DNA from: Tubiluchus corallicola
Lineage: Eukaryota; Animalia; Priapulida
Assembly (NCBI GenBank): GCA_030141605.1
Contig: JAQGDQ010000531.1
Coordinates: 88,608-152,607 of the forward strand
DNA: 64,000 nt
Reading direction: 5' to 3'
Shown here: positions 25,350 to 36,105 of the stretch, piece after piece
How positions within the stretch are numbered: position 1 is the first letter of the stretch
How the letters are laid out: each line of letters begins with the position of its first letter
Translations under genes and position numbers: made by a program
Notes under the pieces: generated by a model
Database searches by the model: none
What the model saw: the letters and a program-made list of their open reading frames with translations, nothing else
What the model was told of the DNA's origin: nothing

Positions 25350-26600
25350 TACGTGTTTCAATTTGAAAACCCTCTCTTGACAAACTGAATAAGACGCCCC
25401 CAGCTTTCATCTGCAACCAGACATTGCTGAATGTTAAACGACAGAATAATGTCTTTCTTGGCATCATATCTCTGCGCATTTCCACCATGCATTCTGTGAT
25501 CCTCATCTATTTTCTACTTTTCCTATTTAAAACCTGACGACACAAGATCAGGAATGCCACGTAAGGCTTCAAATTTTTGAAAATAATTGTGAACAATTGT
25601 GCAGTGAGATCACCTTCCATTTCCAAGTACATCACTGGATCTTGTTACTATACATATAAACAATGCTAGCCAGGGCTTTTATGTCCCATTTCTTTGCTCC
25701 AGGAACACAATATTTAACATTGATTGGTCAATGTCAACCTTTTGGAAAACCAACATCTTAAATATTCTTGTTACTGAAAAAGGAGGCACTTCCCGTGCTT
25801 TATGAGCTGGATCATCTATCTTGCAACACAGTCTGAAGCGTGTGAGATATGATATTTACACTAGATATGTTCTGACTGTGAAAGTTACAGGGTGGTGGAG
25901 TTTTGCTGCTTGGTCCACATCATGAGGTTATGTTTGTATGGCTAAACACCAAGTTTGGTGTGAACCTGTCTTTAATGGCACTCGTATGCTGTGAGATCAT
26001 TTATCACAAAGACAATGATTTTGTTTATTTTTGTCTACTTTTGTTTATTCGTTATTTGCTGTTATGACAGTCTTGACATTCCAAGAAGCAAGTGTTTGGT
26101 AACCATATTTATACCTGCAGGATAGGACTCGAATTCTCGCTGAATAGTAGTGGAAAATCAGTTGAGGACCACGTGAGGATCAGATAGGACCAAGTTCTAT
26201 CTGGACCAATGGTTCTGTTTGTTTGAACTGAAGGTTCTGTTTGTCACCCTGCAAAAGCACGATATCTGGCTTTATTACTGGGAATCTGAATCAACCAGGT
26301 AAGGGTTCAACCGCTGGATTGCTGGAACAGTTTTAAAGCGTGGACCATGCCAGATGCTGGATTGGTGACCATTGGCAAAGAGTTGCTGGCGAGGACGTGG
26401 CTGACTACTGGAGATGAAAAGCTGATGTGGTATGGTTGGAGACTCAAGAGCATGGTTGGTGTATATATATATACCTCTTCTTTGCAATTAGAACAGCATG
26501 AGCTAGGTAAAAACCACGAGATTTGCAAGATCTTCATAAGATTATTGTCACTTACGATTGGTTTTGTGCTTTTGATATTTTCGTTTGAGCCTCGCGACAA
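25350..26600 (-). mobile_element. Degenerate BEL/Pao LTR retrotransposon (protease and integrase remnants)
   Basis: LVDSDSQ (cf. LLDSGSQ protease motif) near 26280-26298; PPFSVT..KPWLALFICIVTR..F.ALRGIP..WGRLIQFVKR (25790 to 25375), the BEL/Pao integrase pattern. Confidence 0.7.
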
Positions 26601-26872
26601 ATTAGGATAAATCGAAATTGCCAATTTAGGAAAGTTCAGAGCTTCGTCTGGAGAAGTATAACAACAGATTTGTGCAATATGAATGACACCACTGTGTGAC
26701 AACTATGAAAAAACTGCTTGATAAGCTCATTTGTTTGCATATTTGTAAAACTGTATGATAAGCTAAGTCCATGTCAGTAAATGCTATAGCTGCTATGATC
26801 TGAACAGCAGGGCTAAAAGTGTGTGCTTGTGTTACTCAAGTAACACAAAATATTTGATCTGCTTCATCAAAA

Positions 26873-27862
26873 CTATTGCGCTTTAAAACTAGTTTTCCTG
26901 TGATATCTGTTCAAATCAATCTCTAGACATGTCTTATTGTCACTGTCCATGAACCAGTGACTGTGTTTTTTAGCTATAGTCACCTTCCTGTCAATACCAG
27001 TTATCCAGTTGATATTAATCACAGCAGGATCAGGAGCAAAGTCTTTAGCACCCTGAGTAAAATAAACAAGACCATCTGCTACTTGATTGTAAGGGTAAAA
27101 ATCGCACTTTGCTTTTGCATAGCCTATTTTGCATAAATTATCTAAAACTCCCTGCTCGTATTTATGTCGAAAATCATTTTCTACTCTTTGTACCATCTCA
27201 CCCCAAATATGGCGGGCACTAATCGTATTGTTGACGAACATGAACCCCACAGAAATGTTATAATTGTCAAGTCTTTCGCCGACAAGAGATCCTATCAAAT
27301 CAACTCCACAGTGTTCTTCAAGCAGAGGTATAGGGTTTTTCAACCAAACTGCATCTGTTTCAAAGATGTGAAAGGCAATTCCTTCCAAAAGAAGTTCGTG
27401 AAGCAACCGTATTCGTTCTAGAATTATATACCTGTACCCAGCACTGTCAAATTCATATTTCATTTTTAGAGGTTTTTCAGTTGTGTGTTTGAATACGTTC
27501 AAATTTGGCCAAAGACGCAGCAGAATCACACGTGTATCCTCATCTGTAGCAACTATAATAATCTGATCTAAAATTCCCATCATTCTAATGTTGCACAACC
27601 AGCTCAATGTTATATTTACGTATCCTTGGTTAGCAATGGCAATATAAGGTATTTTGCCATTAGCAGTGATATTTTTGCACAAATCGATTAACTTTACCGG
27701 TTTTGTTGCCGGTTTGAGACTTTCCAATTGCTCAGGAAGCAGCGGTCCTTTTCTGTGCATTAACCTACTCGTACTTAATATAATTGTTTCATCAAACCAA
27801 AAAATAATGGCGACCACAAAAACTCCAAAGAGTAACTTAGATAAACGCCTGTGTGCCCTCAT
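26873..27862 (-). CDS. GT77 nucleotide-diphospho-sugar transferase paralogue, 329 aa, intronless
   Basis: TM LLFGVFVVAIIFWF; NQGYVNITLSWLCN; VATDE; FETDAVWLKNPI; EQGVL; NINWITGIDRKVTIAKKHSHWFMD. Colinear with, but well diverged from, the 18211 gene. Confidence 0.9.
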   Translation of the reverse strand: MRAHRRLSKLLFGVFVVAIIFWFDETIILSTSRLMHRKGPLLPEQLESLKPATKPVKLIDLCKNITANGKIPYIAIANQGYVNITLSWLCNIRMMGILDQIIIVATDEDTRVILLRLWPNLNVFKHTTEKPLKMKYEFDSAGYRYIILERIRLLHELLLEGIAFHIFETDAVWLKNPIPLLEEHCGVDLIGSLVGERLDNYNISVGFMFVNNTISARHIWGEMVQRVENDFRHKYEQGVLDNLCKIGYAKAKCDFYPYNQVADGLVYFTQGAKDFAPDPAVININWITGIDRKVTIAKKHSHWFMDSDNKTCLEIDLNRYHRKTSFKAQ

Positions 27863-28394
27863 TTCAGGACCGTATGTAAAACCGAGAAACCATATGCCAC
27901 ATACGGCTATGCGATGGCAAATCTATACGTGATGTTCGCACACTTTTTCAAAAATTATCTTTCGCAACTAACAACTGCGCCAAAAAGTTAACGTTACGTT
28001 GGCATTTTTCAAAAGTTCGGCAAACTTAACTACTAAATGTTGCGAAATTGAGCGTTTGTGTAGATTTGTTTATTTGCAGATGAAAAGTGGATAAAATAAT
28101 AACATATTTAATACGCAGAAACAGGAACTGGAATGTACGAACAGAAATTGAAGTATAAAACAACAATCTACACAAAAGTACCATCTTAAACTGGACAGAT
28201 TTATTGAAAGTAATTTCACTCTGATGTGCGTGATTTTTTTCTATAGTGGTGGGACTTATTAAGAAAACAATTCATTCATGCTGATGATCATTTTATAAGA
28301 CGATTTAATGTGAAAATAATGTTTTTTTGAGCTACAGGACGGATAGAAGAAATTTTGAAGTGCGCGATGTTCTGAGGTCATTAGAAAGACAAAT

Positions 28395-29462
28395 ATGCGT
28401 ATTTCACTTACTGTTATGAAGTCCCATTTTTGTCTCTTTTATCTCTGTTGCGCTGTAATACTTCTACAGATATTGAAATCATCTTACTTTTTTGTTCATT
28501 TTGCGAATTTATTTTATGACAACGAAGGAGTTACTAATTTACCAACAAAGGTAGAAGTGAATCCCTTTTCATTAAAAAATTTTGACTTTCGTTTAACAAT
28601 CACAGTTATAGCTTTTAATCGAAACTATTCGCTCAAAAGATTGCTTTTGTCCCTTGAATCTGCTCATTACATGAATGATACAGTTTTTCTTGAAGTCTGG
28701 ATTGACTGTCCTGTTGATGGTTTTGCTGATGAAAAAACTGTGCAGGTGGCACAGCAAGCAAAATGGACACATGGAAGAAAGACAGTCCATGTAAGAAGTG
28801 AGCATGCTGGTGCTTATAAACAATGGTATGACACATGGATGCCAGATTTAGACAGAAGGGGCAACGAATTTGGTCTTATCTTAGAAGATGATTGTGAAGT
28901 CTCTATACACTATTATAAATGGTTGAAGGCTGCAATTTACATGTACAAGGATCTGGTGGATTTGGCCAGCATAAGTTTACATCGAGGTCGGCTTGTTGTC
29001 AAGCCTGGAGTGGACAGGGATATTGTTTGCCCTACTTGTACAGACAGTGTTTTTCTCTATCGGCTTTTCAGCACGTGGGGTTGTGCACCAATGCCTTGGA
29101 TTTGGGCAAAGTTTAGACAATGGTATCATACAGTCAAACAAAATAAAACATTTCTACCTTTAGTGCCTGGTGACAAAGATTTGGTTATAAATGGCTGGAT
29201 GAAGCATTTTCATCCTAAAGGCAAAATGAACGAAGCTTATTTTCTTCACTATACAGGAAAACATGAACTGCACACGCTTTACCCAAATTTACCAAATAAT
29301 TTAACATTCGTGTGCAATCACAGAGATATCGGAATTCATTTTATCAAAAGTTTTAAGGGTTTAGGAATGTGCACATACCCCTTAGTAAAAAAGTGGTCAA
29401 GCTCATTTACTATGTTTCCCACTAATCCAGTCAAAGTCTACTGGGACGGTTATCCCAGTTAA
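28395..29462 (+). CDS. GT-A fold glycosyltransferase (GT2-like, uncharacterised family), type II membrane, 355 aa, intronless
   Basis: TM FCLFYLCCAVILLQIL; ITVIAFNRNYSLKRLLLSLESAHY..WID..WTHGRK..G...QWYDTW.P..GLILEDDCEVS..YYKWL, a GT-A nucleotide-binding start plus EDD motif. Confidence 0.85.
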   Translation: MRISLTVMKSHFCLFYLCCAVILLQILKSSYFFVHFANLFYDNEGVTNLPTKVEVNPFSLKNFDFRLTITVIAFNRNYSLKRLLLSLESAHYMNDTVFLEVWIDCPVDGFADEKTVQVAQQAKWTHGRKTVHVRSEHAGAYKQWYDTWMPDLDRRGNEFGLILEDDCEVSIHYYKWLKAAIYMYKDLVDLASISLHRGRLVVKPGVDRDIVCPTCTDSVFLYRLFSTWGCAPMPWIWAKFRQWYHTVKQNKTFLPLVPGDKDLVINGWMKHFHPKGKMNEAYFLHYTGKHELHTLYPNLPNNLTFVCNHRDIGIHFIKSFKGLGMCTYPLVKKWSSSFTMFPTNPVKVYWDGYPS

Positions 29463-31311
29463 ATTGTGCTAACTTCATCATAGTCCAGCTATTAAGAGAT
29501 AAATTGTACAAAAATGAAAGAGGCTTGAAACTTTAATGAAGCACAATAGTTCCCCAGACTATGGTCATTAAGGGCACCCTATTTTCGCCAAAATCTAAGA
29601 TGGCCACCAAAATAAGAATGTCAATTTCAGTTGGCAAAAGTGCTCTATACGGGTTAGCGATAAATTTCAGGTTGGTACCAAACTTGAAAAATTATCTGAA
29701 CTAAAATCCAAGATAGCAGCCAAGACGGTTCCCAGACTGAAAACATCAATAGCTCCAGACGTAATATCCCTAGAAAGCATTGCAAGTGTACTGTTAGTGG
29801 TTTTGGTGGATTGTTAGAAATTCAAAGTGGCAAAGGTCATTATTATAGCTATGCATTATTTCATGTTCTTGTAATTCTTGGAATATGGTTTCACTGACCA
29901 CGGTTTTAATTTATGCATTGCTTCATCTCTTAATGCTCCCCATTGTTACACCTCCCTAAAACATTACGCAACACCTATCTCTTTAACGTTTAAATAACTA
30001 TAAGTTTATTAGTTTTAGCAAAGACATTTTAATTTGTTTTTTCTAATTTTGGTTTGTCGTTGTCGTCCTCTTAATGGATCCATTTAATTTTGATAATTTC
30101 CTGCTATTTTATTATTCTAACTACGTGCAAAGTTGATGATTTGTTGAAGTTTGTGAAAGTATATTTTAACTTTGTTGTTGTAACATTTTCTCGGTTACTG
30201 TAAAGCTCTTTCAGACATACTGTGTAAGGTGCTTAATAAAAATATTATTATTATTATTATTGGACAAAAGAAAATCATTTTTAATTATTCTAAATTTAAA
30301 TTTATGTTGTATATTTATCCTAATGTCATCATACTTTTTTAGTTTTGGATAGTGCTGCCACCTTCAGGTGCTCTTGTTAAAATTGTTGAACTTTCTCTTT
30401 CCTGTTTAAATTTTCATTGGCTTCTACAGTCTTTATGAATGCATAATCTCTAAACCTGTTTTCACACCTAAATGATTTCACTTGTAGTTCTGGTCACTTG
30501 GTTTTCTGCTTTTCAATATGACACTACTTCACTGTTTATGTAGGCATTTCAGAATAAAATCTGAAAAATAAATCTCAAGTTTTTTGGTTTCTTCAAACCA
30601 ATTATTTTTATTATTATTATTATTATTATCGTTCTCATTTAACTGCAATGCATGCAAACAACAATGTCTTTGTTTTCTTCATAAATTTCTTTATTCTCTA
30701 CTAATGTAATGAACTTTACAGAAGTTTGCAAATTTTACAAGGCTAAAGTTCAAAGTGTTATGGAAATTCAGTTTCATTATCAGGAACTTGTAAACAGTCG
30801 AGAAGAATTTATTGCAAAATTACAGAAGTGAATCCAACTGAATAACTGACGTAAATATTATATAGACTACACACGCCCACGCACGTGATCAATTTGTTGA
30901 AATTAATTAACGATCTAAATATACTAAATCGCCTGTGCCTTTAACAGATAACATTGACAGGAATGAAATCTCCATGTGCATCATTACAAACACAAACGAT
31001 GTAAAGTCACAATGTCAAAATTTTACAAGAGGTCAAGCTATTTACATAAAATGAAAGCTATAAATGAGACAAACTGACTGTTGACCTTTGACCTGTGGGT
31101 GATGGGCTGAATAGTTAAGTGCTGAGGTTTCGTTGTGAAATTCACTTGCCTTGTTTTCAAGCAAAGAATAAAAGAAAATAAGCACTTTTAAAAAAGGCTG
31201 TCATCTCTTCATTTTTATGGCTGAATTTTACAACTATTGTTTGCAAAATCTTCAATTTCTGACCAGGTCAGAATCATTGTCAACTAGTGTTATCTTTATT
31301 CGCTTTTACTG

Positions 31312-31659
31312 TTATTCTCGCCAACACATGCCTCCTAGCAGAGACAGATTCCAGGACCTTCCCAAGAGAAGCTAACTTCAGCAGCAGGCATAGTTTTCAA
31401 TACGGTTTTCAACCGACTATGATCAACCTCAAAAGCTAAGCAATCAGGCTAGCAATATGCATAACTTGCATTGGTTTACATTTGTGACATTTTTTAAATA
31501 TATTTACTACCCGTTTCGTGACCTTGCAGTTTTCTTCTTCTTCTTTTGAACACATGCCTTCGGAAATTTTGTGAGGCTGTAAAGCTTCTCAATGCGAAGT
31601 GGTGCAGGATTAGAGCATACCTCTGACAGAGATCAGTGGCAGAGAAAATGCTATTCTTC
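31312..31659 (+). repeat. Dispersed repeat, copy of 24068-24418
   Basis: Direct sequence match. Confidence 0.9.
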
Positions 31660-32550
31660 TGCTCTCCAATCAACACACCCTATCAGAACGAGATCCAGTT
31701 CTTAAAATATTTCTTTCTTTAATAAAACACAAGTCAACCACAGGCACATTTTTAGACATGCTTATGACATGAATATGGTCAACACCAAAAGCTCAGTTGT
31801 CAAACTGACAAAATGCTTTGTTTGCATTAGTTTACTTTTGCCCAAGATTTCAAAATTAGGGCTCCATTTTTCATTTCAGATCTTTTGTCCTATTGTCACA
31901 CGTTTTGTGACCTTGGAAAGCTTTTAAACTGTTTTTTTAAACAGGCATATAAGTGAAGGAAAAACCATTTTTGTACGACTGTTTACGCTAAGAACAATTA
32001 AAAAAGAAAAAAACAAAAAAGCAATAGAAAGTGAACATATATAGTTGCAGGAGTCACAATTTCAACACTGTACAGTAGGTAAGTAAGCCCTTATTGTACA
32101 GTACTGCGCCACAGGCGGAATTAAAAGTAACTGATATTTTATTTGCTTCTCGCATGAAAACTATATAATTACACGTTGGCACGCACGAAAATTGTAGTTT
32201 TTCTATCGCCGTGCATGGTGCGCAATTACATTTTCAATTTTAAGAAATAGAAGAAATAGAAAAAATAATTCTGATAAAACCCGAAGATTCAAGACAAATA
32301 ATTGTGGGGTTTTTTACTACATAAATTGCAAAAACATGCAAAATGCCTATGATCCCGCCGTTAGCCTTTTAATACCCTGCACAATGCCAAGTCACAAAAA
32401 CGCTCATTTAATATGCTAGTATATGTGAGGAAAAGTTACAGGAGAGTACAAGTCGGTAGTCCACAGATCGGTAGTGATACAAAGTTTGAATGTGCGCGTA
32501 TAATAAGCAATCGTGATCCACTGTAAAGAATTATACCTGCAAATTAAAGG

Positions 32551-33633
32551 ATGTGGACAAACATCATATCTGTTATTTTCTCTTTCAGATATTATAAAAG
32601 TAGAGCATACTTTTATACTGGATTAGTTCTTGCTGTTTTATTGCTTAATGCACGACGAAATATTTTGCAATTTAGCATTGATAACTGCTATTCTAATAAA
32701 ATAAATTCTGTTAATTACGGTGAAGATGTGAAGAACTTTTTGTTTTCGTCCTCTATACAATTAAACAAGAGTGATATTTACTGTGGACAAGCCTGTGATA
32801 TCAACAGTCAACATTTTCAACAGTCGCCTGGCTTGGACTATCCAATGTTACATAAACAGTTTGACTGCCTTTCTCTTATGCAGCGTTTGTATTTAGAGAA
32901 ACCAGCTGAGCAATGGCCTCCTCCACGTGCGCCACCAAGTGAACTACTCGATGAATTTACAATGTATGGAAAAATGCCATTACTTTTACAGCAACGATGG
33001 TACTTTGCTTCCAACTATGCAAAAACTAGAAAAGAATTGTTTACACCGGAGTTAATGTCACAGTTGCAAAAAACTGCATCAGAAGGAAAGAACATTTCAG
33101 TTTATGGCATTCATGCAATGCAAGTCGTAGAGGAAGCTTTAGATATGTACAGAGAAATGATAGAAGGTAAACATGGTTTTGTTATTGGCACAGAATATCC
33201 ATGGATCGAAGCTCTACTGCTTAATAGAAACGTTGGTCACATCACAACTATGGATTACAGTGATCTTGTGTCATATCACAGTAAAATATCAACAATTTTG
33301 CCTAAAATCCTATCAAAGCAATATCTTCGTCATCCAAGGCCATTATATGATTTTGGTATCAGCTATTCTTCAATAGAACACAGTGGACTTGGACGCTATG
33401 GTGACGCATTGAATCCAAGTGGTGATCTTGAAACAATGGCTCAGGCCTGGTGCTTAATTAAACCAGGAGGTTATTTCTTTCTAAATGTAGAAACTGATCA
33501 TGGTAGAAGCTACTTAGCATGGAATGCACATAGAGTTTATGGAAATGAAAGGCTAAAGCACCTCACTGCAAACTGGAATGTTTCAACAGTTTTATACAAA
33601 AATAGGCAAATTCTGAGAATAATGAAAAAGTAG
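32551..33633 (+). CDS. DUF268 family putative SAM-dependent methyltransferase, type II membrane, 360 aa
   Basis: TM FYTGLVLAVLLL; GFVIGTEYPWIEALLL..TTMDY; YDFGISYSSIEHSGLGRYGDALNPSGDLETM..LIKPGG; WNAHRVYG..RL. An acceptor-like tttcAG at 32588 means the exact start is uncertain. Confidence 0.88.
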   Translation: MWTNIISVIFSFRYYKSRAYFYTGLVLAVLLLNARRNILQFSIDNCYSNKINSVNYGEDVKNFLFSSSIQLNKSDIYCGQACDINSQHFQQSPGLDYPMLHKQFDCLSLMQRLYLEKPAEQWPPPRAPPSELLDEFTMYGKMPLLLQQRWYFASNYAKTRKELFTPELMSQLQKTASEGKNISVYGIHAMQVVEEALDMYREMIEGKHGFVIGTEYPWIEALLLNRNVGHITTMDYSDLVSYHSKISTILPKILSKQYLRHPRPLYDFGISYSSIEHSGLGRYGDALNPSGDLETMAQAWCLIKPGGYFFLNVETDHGRSYLAWNAHRVYGNERLKHLTANWNVSTVLYKNRQILRIMKK

Positions 33634-35744
33634 CCCAGTTTAAAACAGTTGTACCAGTGCTAAAAGAATAGTTACAGCTTAATGCTACAGTTCATCTAAT
33701 GTAACCTAATGTATAATTTATGTTGTTTTTCTTAAAGGTACATGTAAGTAATTTATATTATTCTATATTATATGTTCTGCAGACAGAGATGATAGCTACA
33801 TACCAGCGATGATACTTACCTACTGCTGAAAACGGTTTCCTAACGCTGATGATACATAACTTCTTAAAGATTATATTTACCAGTTGTTGGTGATGTCTGC
33901 TGCTGATGGTACTTACCCGTGTTTACCTGATGTTGATGATACTGCCATTGGTGCTTCCATGCTGTGATTACGAAATTGGTGATCCTTACCTTGTGACGAA
34001 TGTCGTCATCAGGAGTCGTGAAAGTTTGGATAGTGGAAGTCGTTTGGAGAGTTTGGAGTCGTCGTTCACGTAATCAGATTCATGAAGAGATAGTGTGTTC
34101 AACCGTACTATGGTGCACCATTTCTCGCCGAAACCCACTGGTGAGGAGTCAGAGAGATGACGTCAGACGGAGGCTGGAGAAAAGTTGCCTGGTCATGCCG
34201 AGACAGTACTGATGAAAAACAAATCCCTAGCCATCAAACCTACTAATGCACACCCAACGGCTGTTCCCATTCAGACTGAAAGTTCATTTTTAGTGGCAAA
34301 GTATGTGAGGATGTGATACATTTAAGGATACCTTGACAGAAATTGGAACGAATTTAGATCTTGCAGAGAGCATTACGTGTGCCACGAAACTGTACACAAA
34401 TATGTACTCAGTAAAGGAAAAAAATTGTTTTGTCTTGGGAACTAATTCCAATGCTTTCTCGTACAGTAAAAATGGTAATGTGCGAAAAAAGGAAAATACA
34501 AGGTTAATAATGCTGTTTGTATCCCCCACCCCCAAATAAGTTTGCCAGCGTATCAAGAATACAAATTTACTTAAGTGCCACGTTTTGTTGGCATTCATTT
34601 TCATCCCAGGAATCTACTAAAATAGTTGCTAGAACTTTTCATTATGCAGCCTTTACTAGGATTTCTTAAAATTCAGTCATAGCTAGTGTACAAACACTGG
34701 ATGGTGAAAATATTTTACCCAAGCTTGCGGGTTTGTATAGAGCGGGGCAGAAACGATATGCGCTTGTACGCATGCCGGAGGAGTGAGTGTAGCGAAGCAT
34801 GTATGGAAGTAACGATGCACGTGAGATCTCATGGGTAAGAGTGATTGACAGCACTGGAGTGCTGTATAGCTCCAAGTAGCTGAATAGCATCATGTAACAG
34901 CCGTCTGGTGTACAAAAATCACAACTAATGCAACAGCTACATTAATAGCTACAACTACAACTGCTACGCTAACATATTAAATTATTAGCAAGGGAATCAG
35001 AACTGGCACAGAAATGATGACTCAACAATTTCTTGCTTTCAAGACCTTTACTACCTTTCTGCAGAACGCAAAATCGGGCAAAAAATTTAACACCACATTA
35101 GGAAAATAGTAGATTGCAAACTGGTGCACAGCACGACTCTACGTCAGATAGAGTTAAGAGTAAAAGATACAAAACCTTATAGAAAGTACTGGTACTTAGC
35201 AGGGTTTCAGTACCATTGCAGGTATTGCTCAGAAAGAATAGGAGAGTAGCAGATCGAAAATACAGATTTAGTAATTCAATGAATTTAACATGTCGAAACT
35301 GGCTCAGTTTTGAATCTGTAAACTTGTCGGTCACTTTCCATCACAAAAGCTGTAAACTGTCAAAAAGAAACAAGATTAAATTAATGACTAGTGGACGTTT
35401 TTGACCATGTCAAAAACTGTGCTAAGATTCTGCTTCTGTAACATGAGATGCTTTAAATGACGGCTTTTGTTTCGTATTTACAAATAAAAATTATTTTCAA
35501 AATAATAAACATCAGTGTATGTTGTTAAATGTACGTAAGAACAGTTGTGTCTGATTCGAATAACACTTCAACGAAATCAGAGCTGGTCACTTTTTGACCG
35601 GTGACCAGTGACTCAAGGCTCAACCAAATACGGGTCAAGATACACCATTCAATTTGTCTCACTGAGACCTTTCGTTTGATGTATTATAACATTAAACTGG
35701 AATTTCCAATTTAAATATGACCTCGTGGTCAAAGGTCAACACCT

Positions 35745-36105
35745 TACGCACACCCGCCACACAACATCCACCACACTGGACACACTACATCAACCACACC
35801 CTGCCACCCCCACCACCAACATCTCCCACACCACACCAATCACACCATACCATACCCACCACCACAGCACCCATTATGATACTATACCACACACCCACAC
35901 AATATCTCACTCACAACACAACCCGCAAAACACCATCAACACCATGCCACACCCTCTATGCTACACCAGTTACACCATACCATACCCACCACTACAACGC
36001 CTATACAATGCCACACCTGCCATACAACATCCATCACACTAGTCACACCACATCACCCACACGATGCCACCCACATCACACAACCCTCACCACAACATCC
36101 ATACC
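35745..36105. repeat. Degenerate CA/CAC-rich low-complexity tract
   Basis: Strongly C+A biased strand; explains the His/Thr/Pro-rich ORFs. Confidence 0.85.

Noticed and set aside
18211-27862. ETD instead of DxD in both GT77 proteins as a sign of inactivation
   Set aside because: It is shared by both diverged paralogues in otherwise intact ORFs, so it is more likely a subfamily variant.
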